In this document: one piece after another, positions 23,264 to 34,599 of the stretch
Layout of the letters: the number at the start of each line of letters is the position of its first letter
How positions within the stretch are numbered: position 1 is the first letter of the stretch
Origin: Rebecca billardiae RCC1528
Taxonomy: Eukaryota; Protista; Haptophyta
Direction of reading: 5' to 3'
DNA: 64,000 nt
Assembly (NCBI GenBank): GCA_965240325.2
Contig: OZ251225.1
Coordinates: 1,302,001 to 1,366,000, forward strand
Notes under the pieces: generated by a model
The model's input: the letters and a program-made list of their open reading frames with translations, nothing else
Told to the model about the DNA's origin: nothing
Databases searched by the model: none
Translations under genes and position numbers: made by a program

Positions 23264-24400
23264 CTACGCCGATCTTCGGGTAGTAAACAACGAAGTTGAG
23301 GGCGCACGGCCCTGGGCATCGCGCGCAGGTGCTTGACGAGCTGGTTCGGCACCGTGTTGATGCCGAGCTTTACGGTCCGATACGGTGAGGTGGCTGCCCG
23401 ACGGGCTCAGGCTCGTGAGGTGAGCGAGCGCGCGCTTCAGCTGCGCGCGCCTGCGCGCGGCGTCGGTGCTCGATGCTTGGCCACGCGCTTGTGGATGCGG
23501 GGGCCCGCCTTGCTGATGGTGGGCGAAACAGCGATGCGCCGCCGTATCTCCGCCGCCCGGCTCACCGACACCGGCAGCACGCGGCTCACGAAGGCGTCGC
23601 ACGGCATGTGGAAGTCGGCCGCGTGCACGCCCATGAAGTCGGTCACCGCGACGTCCTGCGCGGTCAGCGTCCTCGCGGCCGCGGCCGCGTCGGCTGCGCC
23701 CGTCACCTTGATCTGCGCCACATGGCGCGCACAGCGGAAGCGGCAGCACTTCAAACGTCGCCAGCGCGCCCGCGTCCAGTTCGACGCGCCGCGTGCCGAG
23801 ATGCCACGCCGATCGCAGCTCGAGCTCGTCGACAAGCGCCTGCTGGCCGGCGCCGCCCCACCAGTAGGCGTGCTTGGAAAGCCGCAGCAGCTTGAGCTTC
23901 GCGGTGACGCACAACTGTTGCGTCTCGGACACGAGCGGCGCGACCGCCGCGAACCACACCCTCCGCCGCGTCGCCGGCTTCGTGAAGGACGGGTCGTCGT
24001 ACTCCATCGGCACGCGCGCGTGCGCGCGCGCGCTCCCGCCCTCGTCTGTGCGCAGGTGCAGCTTCTTGTCGCCGCTCGTGCGCGCCCGTTCGTCATAGCG
24101 TACAGTCCATGATGTACAGTCCATGATCAAATTCGAATGTCGCCGCCACGTCGTCCTCCGGCCGCACAGCCGCCGTCTCGCATCGGCGCCGCCATCGCGC
24201 CGCCGATGCCGCGCGCCGCCAGCGGCGCGTCCAGGACGGCGCCCATCGCGGCAAAGTCGACGTCCGCGTCGAGCGCGACGGATGCGAGTGCGTCATCGAA
24301 CCCGCCAGCGCCTTCTCTCGGCTCGGGCGGCGGCCGCGACCGCGGCGGATCGGGCGGCAGCGAGGCATCGCCGTCGCCCGCCGGCGCCAGTCGTCCATGC
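23264..24400 (-). pseudogene. Frameshifted hypothetical gene
   Basis: Protein-like segments in several frames (MEYDDPSFTKPATRRRVWF...; AQIKVTGAADA...DFMGVHAADFHMPCD; VKLGINTVPNQLVKHL). A 14-bp perfect tandem duplication lies at 24100-24127. Confidence 0.45.
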
Positions 24401-24587
24401 CTAGCGCCTGCGCGCGCGAGCGCGGCGAGGCGGGCGGAGACGGTGCCGGGCCGGGAGAGAAGGGACGCGCGGTGAGCGTCCACGGGCCGCCTCGGCAAGC
24501 CGATGTCCGCGCGTACCGGGGGCGCCCTGGGCGCCGCGAGGCGGGCGCGCGGCGGCGGCTGACCCTTCTTCTCGCCGCGACACACCT

Positions 24588-27251
24588 TTAGAGAAGTAGA
24601 GACCTCTTATGACTTATTAGTCAATAGAGGAGAATCCAGAAGGGTCGTACGTGAAGCGCGGTAGAAATTCTCAGCTCATGAGGTTTTCATCAGGCCCGGC
24701 CATCATTGTTGATGAGCGAATTCAGGCCTCATCAACAAATGATCATATGGGTCGAGAGCGAGAATGTTCGCCTTCAGGCTTTGTCGTTCATCTGAAATAC
24801 AAGAATTGGATTGCCACCGAACCAAATGTTTGGTTCGCTTTATGCAGTAGAATCTCGTTTTAACAGTTGAATGGCGGGCGATCGTCTTTCGTTGAAACGG
24901 TGTTTTTGAAGCGCAGTTCTCTTCAGAGAAGAGGGATGCGTCTAATCTAAAACGCTGTTTTTCAGAAGCGCGTGAATCAAAGCCGATCCAACCTATCGTT
25001 TCTATGGTTGGCCCGCCCGTAGGTGGGTCCCTGGCGATTTTCCAGCGGTCTTTTAAACATTTACCGGGTTTTCTCGCCGGATTTCTTTTCGCGCGGGGCG
25101 CGGCTCGGGAAAATCGCCGGGCCGCCGGCCGAGGTCCGATCTGAACGCTCCCGACGATGTCGGAGCGCCTCTCCAGCGCGACCGAGCCGCCGTGTGTCGG
25201 GTAGACCACAGCCAACACCTATCGCGCGCTCCAGCGCTTTGCGCGTGCTCACGGATGGGATCCGTGGTCACACATCCCCCGCCTGGCACGTGCCCGCATG
25301 TTTGACTCTCGCCCGGCTAGACGCGTACAGACAACTTGAATCGATCGGCGGGTGTTCGACCCGTGCCTTCGAGCAGGGTCAGTTTTTGCCACATGCGGGT
25401 CAGGCGACGGGAGGCATGGGTCAGTGTCGTGCACGGGCATGCTCTTGACGCTCCCGCCATCTTGAGCAGCTCAACGCACCGTGAAGGTGACATTTGGGCT
25501 GTGCGCAAGCTGCTCGTGAGAACGCACGACAGCCAGCCCCGGGCTCTCGGGGAGCCATGTAAGCGATTGGCGACTTCCGAGAGGGCGTGTTTGGTGGGGG
25601 TTGGTACCAATCATCGACCAGCAGGCCTAGGATGGGTGCACTGAGGACTTGGGATGCTGAGAAGCCGCCGCGATGTGCGGCGAGCACGCCGACTTGCCAT
25701 CCGTGTGCACGATCCAGCGCCAGGAAGATCAGCAGGGCCTTTGACAGCGGCAGCAGGCGCTCAGCGATCCTTCCCTATGCCGAGTGTGGGCACAGCCTGT
25801 GGTGCTCGAGGGTGGTCGCAGGATATGGGTCCATTCTTGACAGAACGCGGTCGCGTTGACAGGCGCGGGTGCCACCCCACGCTGTTGCTCCTGCCACTGG
25901 GTGGTCCCACTCGTTCCGCTTGTGGTCTGCGAAGACTCGTACTCAGCAACTCTACGGCTAGGCGTAGTAGACCCCTCAGACGCATGTCTGATGATTGCCC
26001 GGCACGTTCTCGTCGTCACGTTGGGTGTACTTGAGCGAGCGGAAGCCGCAACGTGATGGCTAGGCCAGCAGCTCAACCATCTGACGTCTCGCCGGCCAAC
26101 TGGCTGAGTGCTCTCAGCCTAGCAGCAGCGTCGGTGAACCTATCGTATTGCTGCCTGGCGAGAAGATGGTAGGAGGCATCGTCGGCGGCATGGGCTGCAG
26201 CTGCGGTAGTCATGGACTGGTGGCGGCCTCACGCGGGTGGGCATACGACGACCGGTGACACGCGGAGTACGAGCACGGAAGCCGCCGAACGCGGCAAGCT
26301 CCGGCGGTGGCGTTGGCTGATAGTCCAGCCTCGACGGCGGAGGGCTCCCGTGTGACGACGGTGGCATGCTCGGTGGCGGGCGATGGTGTGTGCCTCGGCA
26401 CGCAGCCCGCCACAAACACTGCCACTCGCAGGCAGTCCGGTTGCGGCCCGGGTTGCCTGTGTCCGCGTCGCGCGGCGCCTATTCGATGACCCAACAAACG
26501 TACCCACATATCGGAACGAATTTGAATATATAGTGAACCGCATCCACGGTCAATATAAAGTGGGTAACACGCATACTATATACGGGTAAGTGGCTATATA
26601 TGAAGTGAGTATTATGCTCGATCTTGCTGTAGTTTGTTGGAGGTATCAGCGCACAGCATAGAGCCCCACTCTTTGCTTCATAAAATGGTTCGGTCGGGTG
26701 TCAACGGTTGTCAATAAGTAATTCCGATCGCATGTCGCCATCTAGCCACCATAACCATGAAGTGACGCTTCGCAAAATCTCTATGTGACACTACTGGCGC
26801 GGCGCGCGCGCGCTCGGCCGCGCGACGGCACGCGGAGTAGGTTTTGAGGTCGAAACTTTTGCTCCGCCCCGATGGGACGCATTTATGGCGTCGATTCTGG
26901 GTGAGAGACAAAATCTAGGACGTCATTCTGAGTGCGCCAGAATATCGCCCCAGTTGGGAGGGACCCACACTTGGCGAGCTGTTTCAGGCTCTTACAATTC
27001 AGGCATCTTACTATGACGGAATGTTCGAGCACACGGCTGGTGTTATGTGCTATTCCACCCTGCATTCCCCTAAGTGTTACTATCGTTAAAATTAGCATCT
27101 ACTACAAACGCAATCATTGCGGCAGCGATATCCACTCATACGCGGTGGCCACCTACCGGAAAATCCCCAAAATCCTGCGCGCATCCTCTTTTTGATTTTG
27201 CGGAGCACGTGCGCCGCCCCCCCCCCGGCTTTCGCTCACGCTCAGACCTTT

Positions 27252-27289
<38 letters not shown>

Positions 27290-27530
27290 CGTGCGCCATA
27301 ATCTCAGAAGTGTCAAGTGGGCGGAACTTTTTCGTTCTCACCAAATCACCAATTACACATCTGCGGCAGGCCCGAGCCCGAGGCCGGGATTCCTTTTTTG
27401 ACAAAACTGAAAACTCGTAAAAATCTTCTTGAACATTTTTCCGCGTGTTCGCAAAGTGGGGCATCCACACGTGTGTTTGGAAACGCAACGCCTCTAGCTC
27501 AGAGTTATAGCTAGCTGTATATAGGCGGAT
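24588..27530. mobile_element. Decayed transposon-derived region (boundaries uncertain)
   Basis: AT-rich blocks at both ends, stop-riddled coding remnants in 25200-26100, and an inverted diverged copy (26461-26845) of the subterminal block of the 4915-9333 element. Confidence 0.45.
27253..27289 (+). repeat. Poly-G tract (37 nt), G-quadruplex-capable
   Basis: Directly visible. Confidence 0.95.
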
Positions 27531-28415
27531 TATATTCTACTCACTACTGCTATATTAATTTATTGAGGAACTCGACAGACTACAGAGGAGCCGAGGCTTC
27601 GTACTGATACAGTGCACCGAGTGAGCAGACCGCTTCGCGGGCAGGCTGCGCGCCCGCACGAATAATTAACCGTCATCATCAAACTTTGTCGTCAATAATA
27701 AGTTATATGTCGCCCGCACGGCGCCGTATTCGCCCGATCACGGATGTGACGGTCACTACGCCTCACGCGGATGCGCCATCATGCGTTATATGATACAATA
27801 CGCTAACTCTACTGCCGCGACTCACTCAACGACTACTACTTATTTCGGTCGTACGACTAACATAGTCGTCATCATTACCGTACGCGTGCCGCCTCAGCCC
27901 GCCAGGGTACCGTAGTCTGCTACTGCGACCGGTGAGTCCGGTTACCGCGTACCGGGTGGCGGCGGGTAACTCTGATGTCTCGTCTCCGGGGCTAAGTCCG
28001 GGCGGTGCTACGAACTCCCGCGCCGCGCCCGCTGCCGCCCGGCTGCCGGACCGATGGCGGCCGCCGCCGTGAGTAGAGAGTACTGAGTCTGGCGGCCCGT
28101 ATGAAGTACGGTCTCAGAGTACGCCCCGTACCGGGCTACGGCCACCGGGGCCGTCGTAACTAGCCGCGGCGATACTAGCTAGGCTTCTCAGTGGCAACCG
28201 ATTCTGAATCTGAGTGGCACGCCCGATGGTACCTACGCCTTTCCCGCTTCCGCCGATCGGATTCACGGAATCACTCCGGCAGCAGGCGCAGCTAATCCGA
28301 GCCGAGTGAATGAAGTGCGCTGCACGACCAAAGGCAAAGTAGTGACGACTTGCGTCCCCAGACCCCAGCCGGCAAGGGGCACGGCAAAGGGCAACGCTTG
28401 AAGAGCACGCATGAG

Positions 28416-28994
28416 CTAGGAGCGGTGAGCGCCGGTGCCATGACTGCGGGTAGTGGAGCTGACAGCGCTCTGGCCTCGGCCTCGGCCTCCCAGTCCCAAT
28501 GCCGATGCCGATGATGTCGTGGCGGGGCGCGCTTGTAAAGCGGGCTGCGGTATTGGCCGGACGCGCGGCACGCGCGCGCGCAGCTCGTCGTGCAGCAGCT
28601 TCTTCAGGATGCGAAGGGTGTGCACGTACGTCTCGCTGTGCTGTCTCTCGCGCCGCAGCTCCTGGAGTTTGCGCTCCTGCTCGGCCACACGTGCGGCGCG
28701 CTCGGCTCGCACGCGCTGACGCTCCTCGTCGCGGGTCTGCTTCTCCCGGCGAGCGCGGGCTCGCGTCGCGTCTTCTTCGCGCTTCTCCGCCATGGCTTTC
28801 GACCCGAGTGCCTTCTGCTTCTCTCTGTCGATGCGTTTGATCTCAGCGATTCGTCGCTCGCGCGCCAGCTCGGCTTCGAGGGCTCGCACGCCTCTGCGCT
28901 TGAACTCGAGCCACCTCACCTCCGAGTCCAGCTTCCATGACTCAAACGCGGCTTCTGACTGCCGCCGACGCTCGTCCTCCGCGTTGGAAGGCAT
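28416..28994 (-). CDS. Hypothetical charged coiled-coil protein (~192 aa)
   Basis: ATG at 28994 (MPSNAEDERRRQSEAAFESWK...), E/R/K-rich helix. Divergent from the next gene. Confidence 0.65.
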   Translation of the reverse strand: MPSNAEDERRRQSEAAFESWKLDSEVRWLEFKRRGVRALEAELARERRIAEIKRIDREKQKALGSKAMAEKREEDATRARARREKQTRDEERQRVRAERAARVAEQERKLQELRRERQHSETYVHTLRILKKLLHDELRARVPRVRPIPQPALQARPATTSSASALGLGGRGRGQSAVSSTTRSHGTGAHRS

Positions 28995-29246
28995 GCTGAG
29001 CGAGCTCTTCGCCCGCCCTGCGTGTAGCCCCCGGCGGTGCGCGGCCGCCAGGCGGCCTTTCTGGGTTGTCCGATACAGCAGTATCCATAAGCTGTTATTA
29101 CACGGCCCAATCGGAGATGGCCAACTCACTGCTCAGCGGCGCGCCGTCGTGCCGGTTGGTCGGCGAGCGAGCCAACACCCGTGCGGTCCTGGCCAACGCC
29201 TCGCCTCGAGCGTGACTGGAGCGCGTGGCGGGGGGGCGCGCGCACG

Positions 29247-30994
29247 ATGTCGCAATGGCGCGCCGCGGCGCTCGGTGTCGCACTCGCTGCGCTCACTGGC
29301 ATTGCCGCTCAGCCGTATGCCCCTGCGAAGGGATGTGACGACTGGCTGAACGCATGGTGCGACGGCAACTGCCCGCACGCCGAGGCCCACGGCCCGTTGC
29401 TCGCGCGCAAGGACACGAACGAGGACATGTACCCGCCCGCGTGGCGCTGCTACGCGCGCTCCACGCTGTCGGTGGACACGCTGCAGTACGCGAGCGGGAG
29501 CACGTACTGCACGCGCGACGAGATGCTGCGGGACGAGCTGCAGGAGTGCCTCGCCGCGCAGAAGCACGGCGGCCGGCGCTCGTCGGAGGCGCGCTCGAGC
29601 CCGCAGCAGCCGGCCGCGGCCGCGGCCGCACCAGAGCAGTGCGAGGACGGCGCATCCGAGGGCCCGGCATCGGCGACGTCGGTAGCACCTGCCGGCCCCA
29701 AGCCGCCGCGCGCGGCGCTCGACCCCGCCGCCAAGTACCTCCTCTTCGCCGTCTCGTCGCACGAGCAGCTGAACAAGCAGCGGCGCGCTCTGTTCTACTA
29801 CATGCGGCTCGCGCGGCAGCTGGGGCGCACGCTGGTGGTGCCGCGTGTGCACCTGCTGCGCAAGAACCCGGGGGCGTGGCAGCCGCGCTCGCGCCCGGGC
29901 TCGCCGCGCGGCCAGTGGTTCGTCGCCGACGCCAACGAGTACGTGCGCATGTCGCACGTGTACAACCTGACTCGCATGGCCGAGTACGTACCCACCGTTG
30001 AGCTCTCCGACCTCTGGCCGCTCGACGACGCGCCGGGGGGCGAGCGCGTGGGCGAGGCCGGCGAGGCGGAGGCGCAGCCGACCCTCGACGTCATGTTCGT
30101 CGCGAACGCCGGCCCGCGCGACACCTGCACCGAGGCGGACGACGTCGAGCACGAGTTCAACGGTGTGCGCGGCGTCCTCGTCAAGCGGCGCCGCTGCGGG
30201 CTCGCGGTCGGCGCGGGCCAGCTGGGCGAGTACAAGCAGGCGCGGACGATCGCGTACTCGAACGTGTTCGACCAGGTGCCCGAGGGGCAGGGCAAGCCCT
30301 TCGTGCCCTACCTCCACTTCGTCGACTCCATCTACGACGCGGCGCGCGCGTTCGTGCAGCGCGAGCTGGGTGACCAGCGGTTCATCGCCGTGCACTGGCG
30401 GCGCGCCGACTTCAAGATCACCCGCAGCACGCGCGACGACGTGCTGCTCGACGCGGAGGCCCTCGTCGCGCGCGTGAGGGGGGTGATGCAGCAGTCGGGC
30501 ATCCAGCGCGTGTACCTCGCCACGGACGCGACCGATGAGGTGAGCGCGCACGCGCGCGCGCACGCGCGCGCCTGCGCGACGCGGAGCCCGGCTGAGGGCC
30601 ACGCGGCTCGCCCGCCGCGCGCCACGCGCAGGACGGCCTGGACATCCTGCGGGATGAGCTCGGCGTGGTGCGGTACTCCTGGGTGTCCAACCCGGACGAG
30701 AGCGACCTGCAAAAGGCCATCACGGTGGCCAACATTGGTGCGCCGCCGCGCGGCGGCGTGCTGCCGGCCCCGCCTGCGCGCGTGCTCGCCACTCACTCCT
30801 GTGCCTTCCCGTGCGCACGCTTGCCGCCGCGCCGCATCGATCTGGCAGAGATCGCGATCTGCGCGATGGCTGCCTACTTCCTCGGCACGCGCACGTCCAA
30901 CTTCTCCCTCACCATCCGCGAGGAGCGCTCCAACCTCGGCAAGGGCGACGAGACAAACGAGTTCCTCGCCGGCCCGCCTCGGGGCGACCCGTGA
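29247..30994 (+). CDS. GDP-fucose protein O-fucosyltransferase (POFUT2/GT68-like) with N-terminal Cys-rich domain; join(29247..30539,30632..30737,30849..30994)
   Basis: Signal peptide; motifs EQLNKQR, RTLVVP, AVHWRRADF, VYLATD, and after splicing NIEIAICAMAAYFLGTRTSNFSLTIREER. Confidence 0.82.
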
Positions 30995-31506
30995 GGCCGC
31001 GCGGCGACCACATCGTACCGGCACGCGCGACTCCCAATGCGGATTTGGCTGTCCACTCAGTGCGTGCGCACCGTCGGCGTCCGCAGAGCCTCTGCCGCGC
31101 CGCTAGCGTCACCGATGCCGCCAGCCACGGGCCACACAAGGAGCCTTGCACCAGGGACCTTCGACCTTGTGACGATGACAACAGTGATAGCGCGTCGCCA
31201 AAACTCGTTGAGGCGCCATCGTGCGTGGATGGCTGGCGCGAACGCAGCGGCGAAGGCGGCAAAATTCGCGCCAGGGCCGCACGAGTCCGGTGCCATCTGA
31301 TCCGAGCCGGACATCTGGGCTGAGCCACGCCCGGTGGCCGAGCGTCGAGTGGCGGGGGCCTGCGCACGAGCAAGCGCGGGTGCGTGCGCACGTGCGCTAC
31401 CGTGCCGGTGCGCTGTGCACGTCGGAAGGCGCGCTGGCTCGAGCGCGCTGGTGCATGAGCGGCGGTTCTGCGCCCGACCTCGCGCCGCGCCGCGCAGCAG
31501 TGCACC

Positions 31507-34176
31507 ATGAACTGGGACGAGGGCGCCGTGCGGTACAACGACCAAGGCCTGCGCGCGGCCGACGAGAGTGTGAACTTGCCGTCCGCGGCGCGGATCAAGT
31601 ACCGCGAGTTTATTCGCACGTATCGCGATGAGCAGAGCGGGACTTTCATCTACCGGTGCGTGCGCCCGGGCCCGCTGCCCGCCTGCGCGCGCGCGCGCGC
31701 GCAGGCGGTGACGCTCGCATGCATGCAGGCGGGCGGCGCGCGCGCGCGCGCGCGCGCGCGCTCGCGAGACTCGCCCGAGGGTGGCGCGCGCGTGGCGCTG
31801 AGCACGTGCGTCGCGGTCGGCGCGCCGTCCCCCCCGACCCGCCCGCCCGCCGGCGCGCAGCGACCAGCTCACCTCCAACTACAACCTGGGCGAGTACTAC
31901 TTGGACGTGAACCTCGACCACCTGATTTCGTTCGACGACGCGCTGGCCAACGAGCTGATGTCCCGGCCGGGGATCCACCTGGAGCAGTTCGAGAAGGCGG
32001 CGAAGGAGGCGGCCGAGCTGATCGCCGTCACGCGCGACGCGCGGAAGGAGGACCTGCCCGACATCCAGATCCTGCTCTCCTCGTCCAAGCACCCGTCGAC
32101 CATCCGTGAGATGCTGTCGGGCCAGGTCTCCAAGCTCGTGCACATCCCGGGGATCATCACGCAGGCGAGCAAGCCGCAGCCGAAGCTGACCACGGCGTTC
32201 TGCGTGTGCAAGTCGTGCCAGGAGGTCAAGGTCATCGAGAACCGCTCGGGGCTGGGCAGCGTCACGCTGCCGCGCGTGTGCGACCGCACGCGCCAGCCGG
32301 GCGAGACGCCGTGCCAGCTCGACCCCTACACGATCCTGCCCGAGAAGTCCAAGTACCACGACCAGCAGCGGCTCAAGCTGCAGGAGGCGCCGGAGATGGT
32401 GCCGACGGGCGAGATGCCGCGCAACCTGCAGCTCGTCGTCGACCGCAACCTCGTCGGCAAGGTCACGCCCGGCTCGCGCTGCACGGTGACGGGCGTCTTC
32501 TCGGTCGTGACGCACAAGCCGCAGGACGGCAAGAAGGGCGGCGTGGGCGACACGCTGGCGATCCGCACGCCGTACCTGCGCGTGGTGGGGCTGAAGGTGG
32601 GGATGGACACGGACGGGAAGCACTCGCTCGCGCGCTTCACCGCGGAGGAGGAGGAGCAGTTCCGCCAGCTCTCGCGCGACCGCGAGCTGTACTCGAAGCT
32701 GTGCAAGTCGATCGCGCCGTCGATCTGCGGCCGCGACGACGTGAAGGCCGCGGTCGCGTGCCTGCTGTTCGGCGGCACGCGGAAGCAGCTGAACGACGGG
32801 ATGTTCCTGCGCGGCGACGTGAACGTGCTGCTGCTCGGCGACCCGTCCGTCGCCAAGTCGCAGTTCCTCAAGTTCGCCGAGAAGGTCGCGCCGATCTCGG
32901 TGTACACGTCGGGCAAGGGCTCGTCCGCGGCCGGGCTGACGGCGACGGTGATCCAGGACGCGGGCACTCGCGAGTTCTACCTCGAGGGCGGCGCGATGGT
33001 GCTCGCGGACGGCGGGATCGTGTGCATCGACGAGTTCGACAAGATGCGCGAGTCCGACCGCGTCGCGATCCACGAGGCGATGGAGCAGCAGACCATCTCC
33101 GTCGCCAAGGCCGGCATCACCACCATTCTCAACTCGCGCGCGGCCGTGCTCGCCGCCGCCAACCCGGCGTTCGGCACCTACGACGACCAGCAGGAGCTCA
33201 AGAACAACATGGACCTGGGCTCGACGATCCTCTCGCGCTTCGACCTGATCTTCATCCTGCGCGACCTGCGCAACGAGGAGCTCGACGCGACGATCGCCCG
33301 GCACGTCGTCGCCGTGCACACCAGCGCGGGCGCGCCGCGCGTCGCGGCGAGCGCGGAGGAGCTGTCGATCCAGACGCTGCAGCGGTACATCCACTACTGC
33401 CGCACGCGCTGCTTCCCGCGGCTCACCGAGTCGGCGGCGGCGGTGCTGCAGAGCCACTACGTCAAGTTTCGCGAGCAGATGCGCGTGCTCGAGAAGGCCG
33501 GTGGCGAGGGCATCCCGGTGACCGTGCGCCAGCTCGAGGCCATCGTGCGCGTCTCCGAGGCGCTTGCAAAGATGGTGCGCGCGGCACGCGGCGCCGCGCG
33601 CGGGCCTGGCGCGCGGCCGGGCGTCCCGTGCCCCGCGGCTGCGAGGAGGCGCGGCCGCGCCGGGCGGACGAGCCCCCGAACGCGTGCGCGCGCGCGCACG
33701 GCCCACGCGCCCCGCCCGCCGCGCTCTCTCCCCGCGCGCGCCTCGCAGGAGCTGGAGGAGCACGCGACCGAGAAGCATGTGCAGGAGGCGCTGCGCCTCT
33801 TCACCGTCTCCACGATCGAGTCGGCCAAGTCGGGCGGCGTGCAGCTCGAGGGGCACGTGGACGCGGAGGTGCAGACGTGCGAGAAGCTCATCAAGAACCG
33901 CGTGGGCGTGGGGCACACGCTGAGCGTGCGGGTGCGCGCCGACGCGCGGGCGCGCGCGAGAGAGTCGGGTCAGCCAGTCCGCACCGCCGCCCTCACGCCG
34001 CACGGCGCTGCGCCGCTGCGCCGCTGCGCCGCTGCGCCGCCGCGCAGATGCTGACTGATGAGCTGAGCAAGCAGGGACTCTCAGAGCGCGCCGTCAGGAC
34101 GGCGATCAACATCCTCTCGCAGCGCGACGAATTCGCCACGCTCAAGCAGGGGAAGTCGATCAAGCGCATGCGCTGA
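31507..34176 (+). CDS. MCM5: DNA replication licensing factor MCM5; join(31507..31655,31861..33574,33749..33931,34048..34176)
   Basis: MCM5-like N-terminus MNWDEGAVRYNDQ, zinc finger, LQEAPEMVPTGEMPR, Walker A GDPSVAKSQFLK, TSGKGSSAAGLTA, IDEFDKM, SRFD arginine finger. Three GT-AG introns keep frame. Confidence 0.96.
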
Positions 34177-34599
34177 CCGGCCTGGACCAGAGCGCGCGCC
34201 GCGTGCGCCGAGGGCACGCGACGCAGGGCGCTCACGCGCTGGCCGGGTGCTAGGCCGTGCGACTGCGACGGCGTGCGACGATGCAGGCAGTCGCGCGGCC
34301 AAGGCACTGTCAGCGCGCGGCCTGTGCTCGCGTGGCAATGAGCCCGGAGCAATCCAGCGCGTCCCGCGGCATGCGGCCGAGCCCCTTCTGGGCTGTCGGC
34401 GCGGCCGACTCTTCGGAAGCATTACGGGCCTCAGAGAGCACAGCAGCCGACTGTGACTTAGTCTTTGCGCTCGTCGACAATGTCTATTTATTCAGCGCAC
34501 GCGCTTCTCAGCAGTACTGAGACGACCGTTGCTGCTGTCATAGTCATCGAGTCAGCTATCACGGGGTCCCAACCGTCGGAGCCGGAGCCCGTCGTCTTG

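Noticed and set aside
31646-34003. 785-aa antisense ORF over MCM5, and similar long overlapping ORFs across the window
   Set aside because: Expected from stop-codon scarcity at very high GC3; no motifs of their own.
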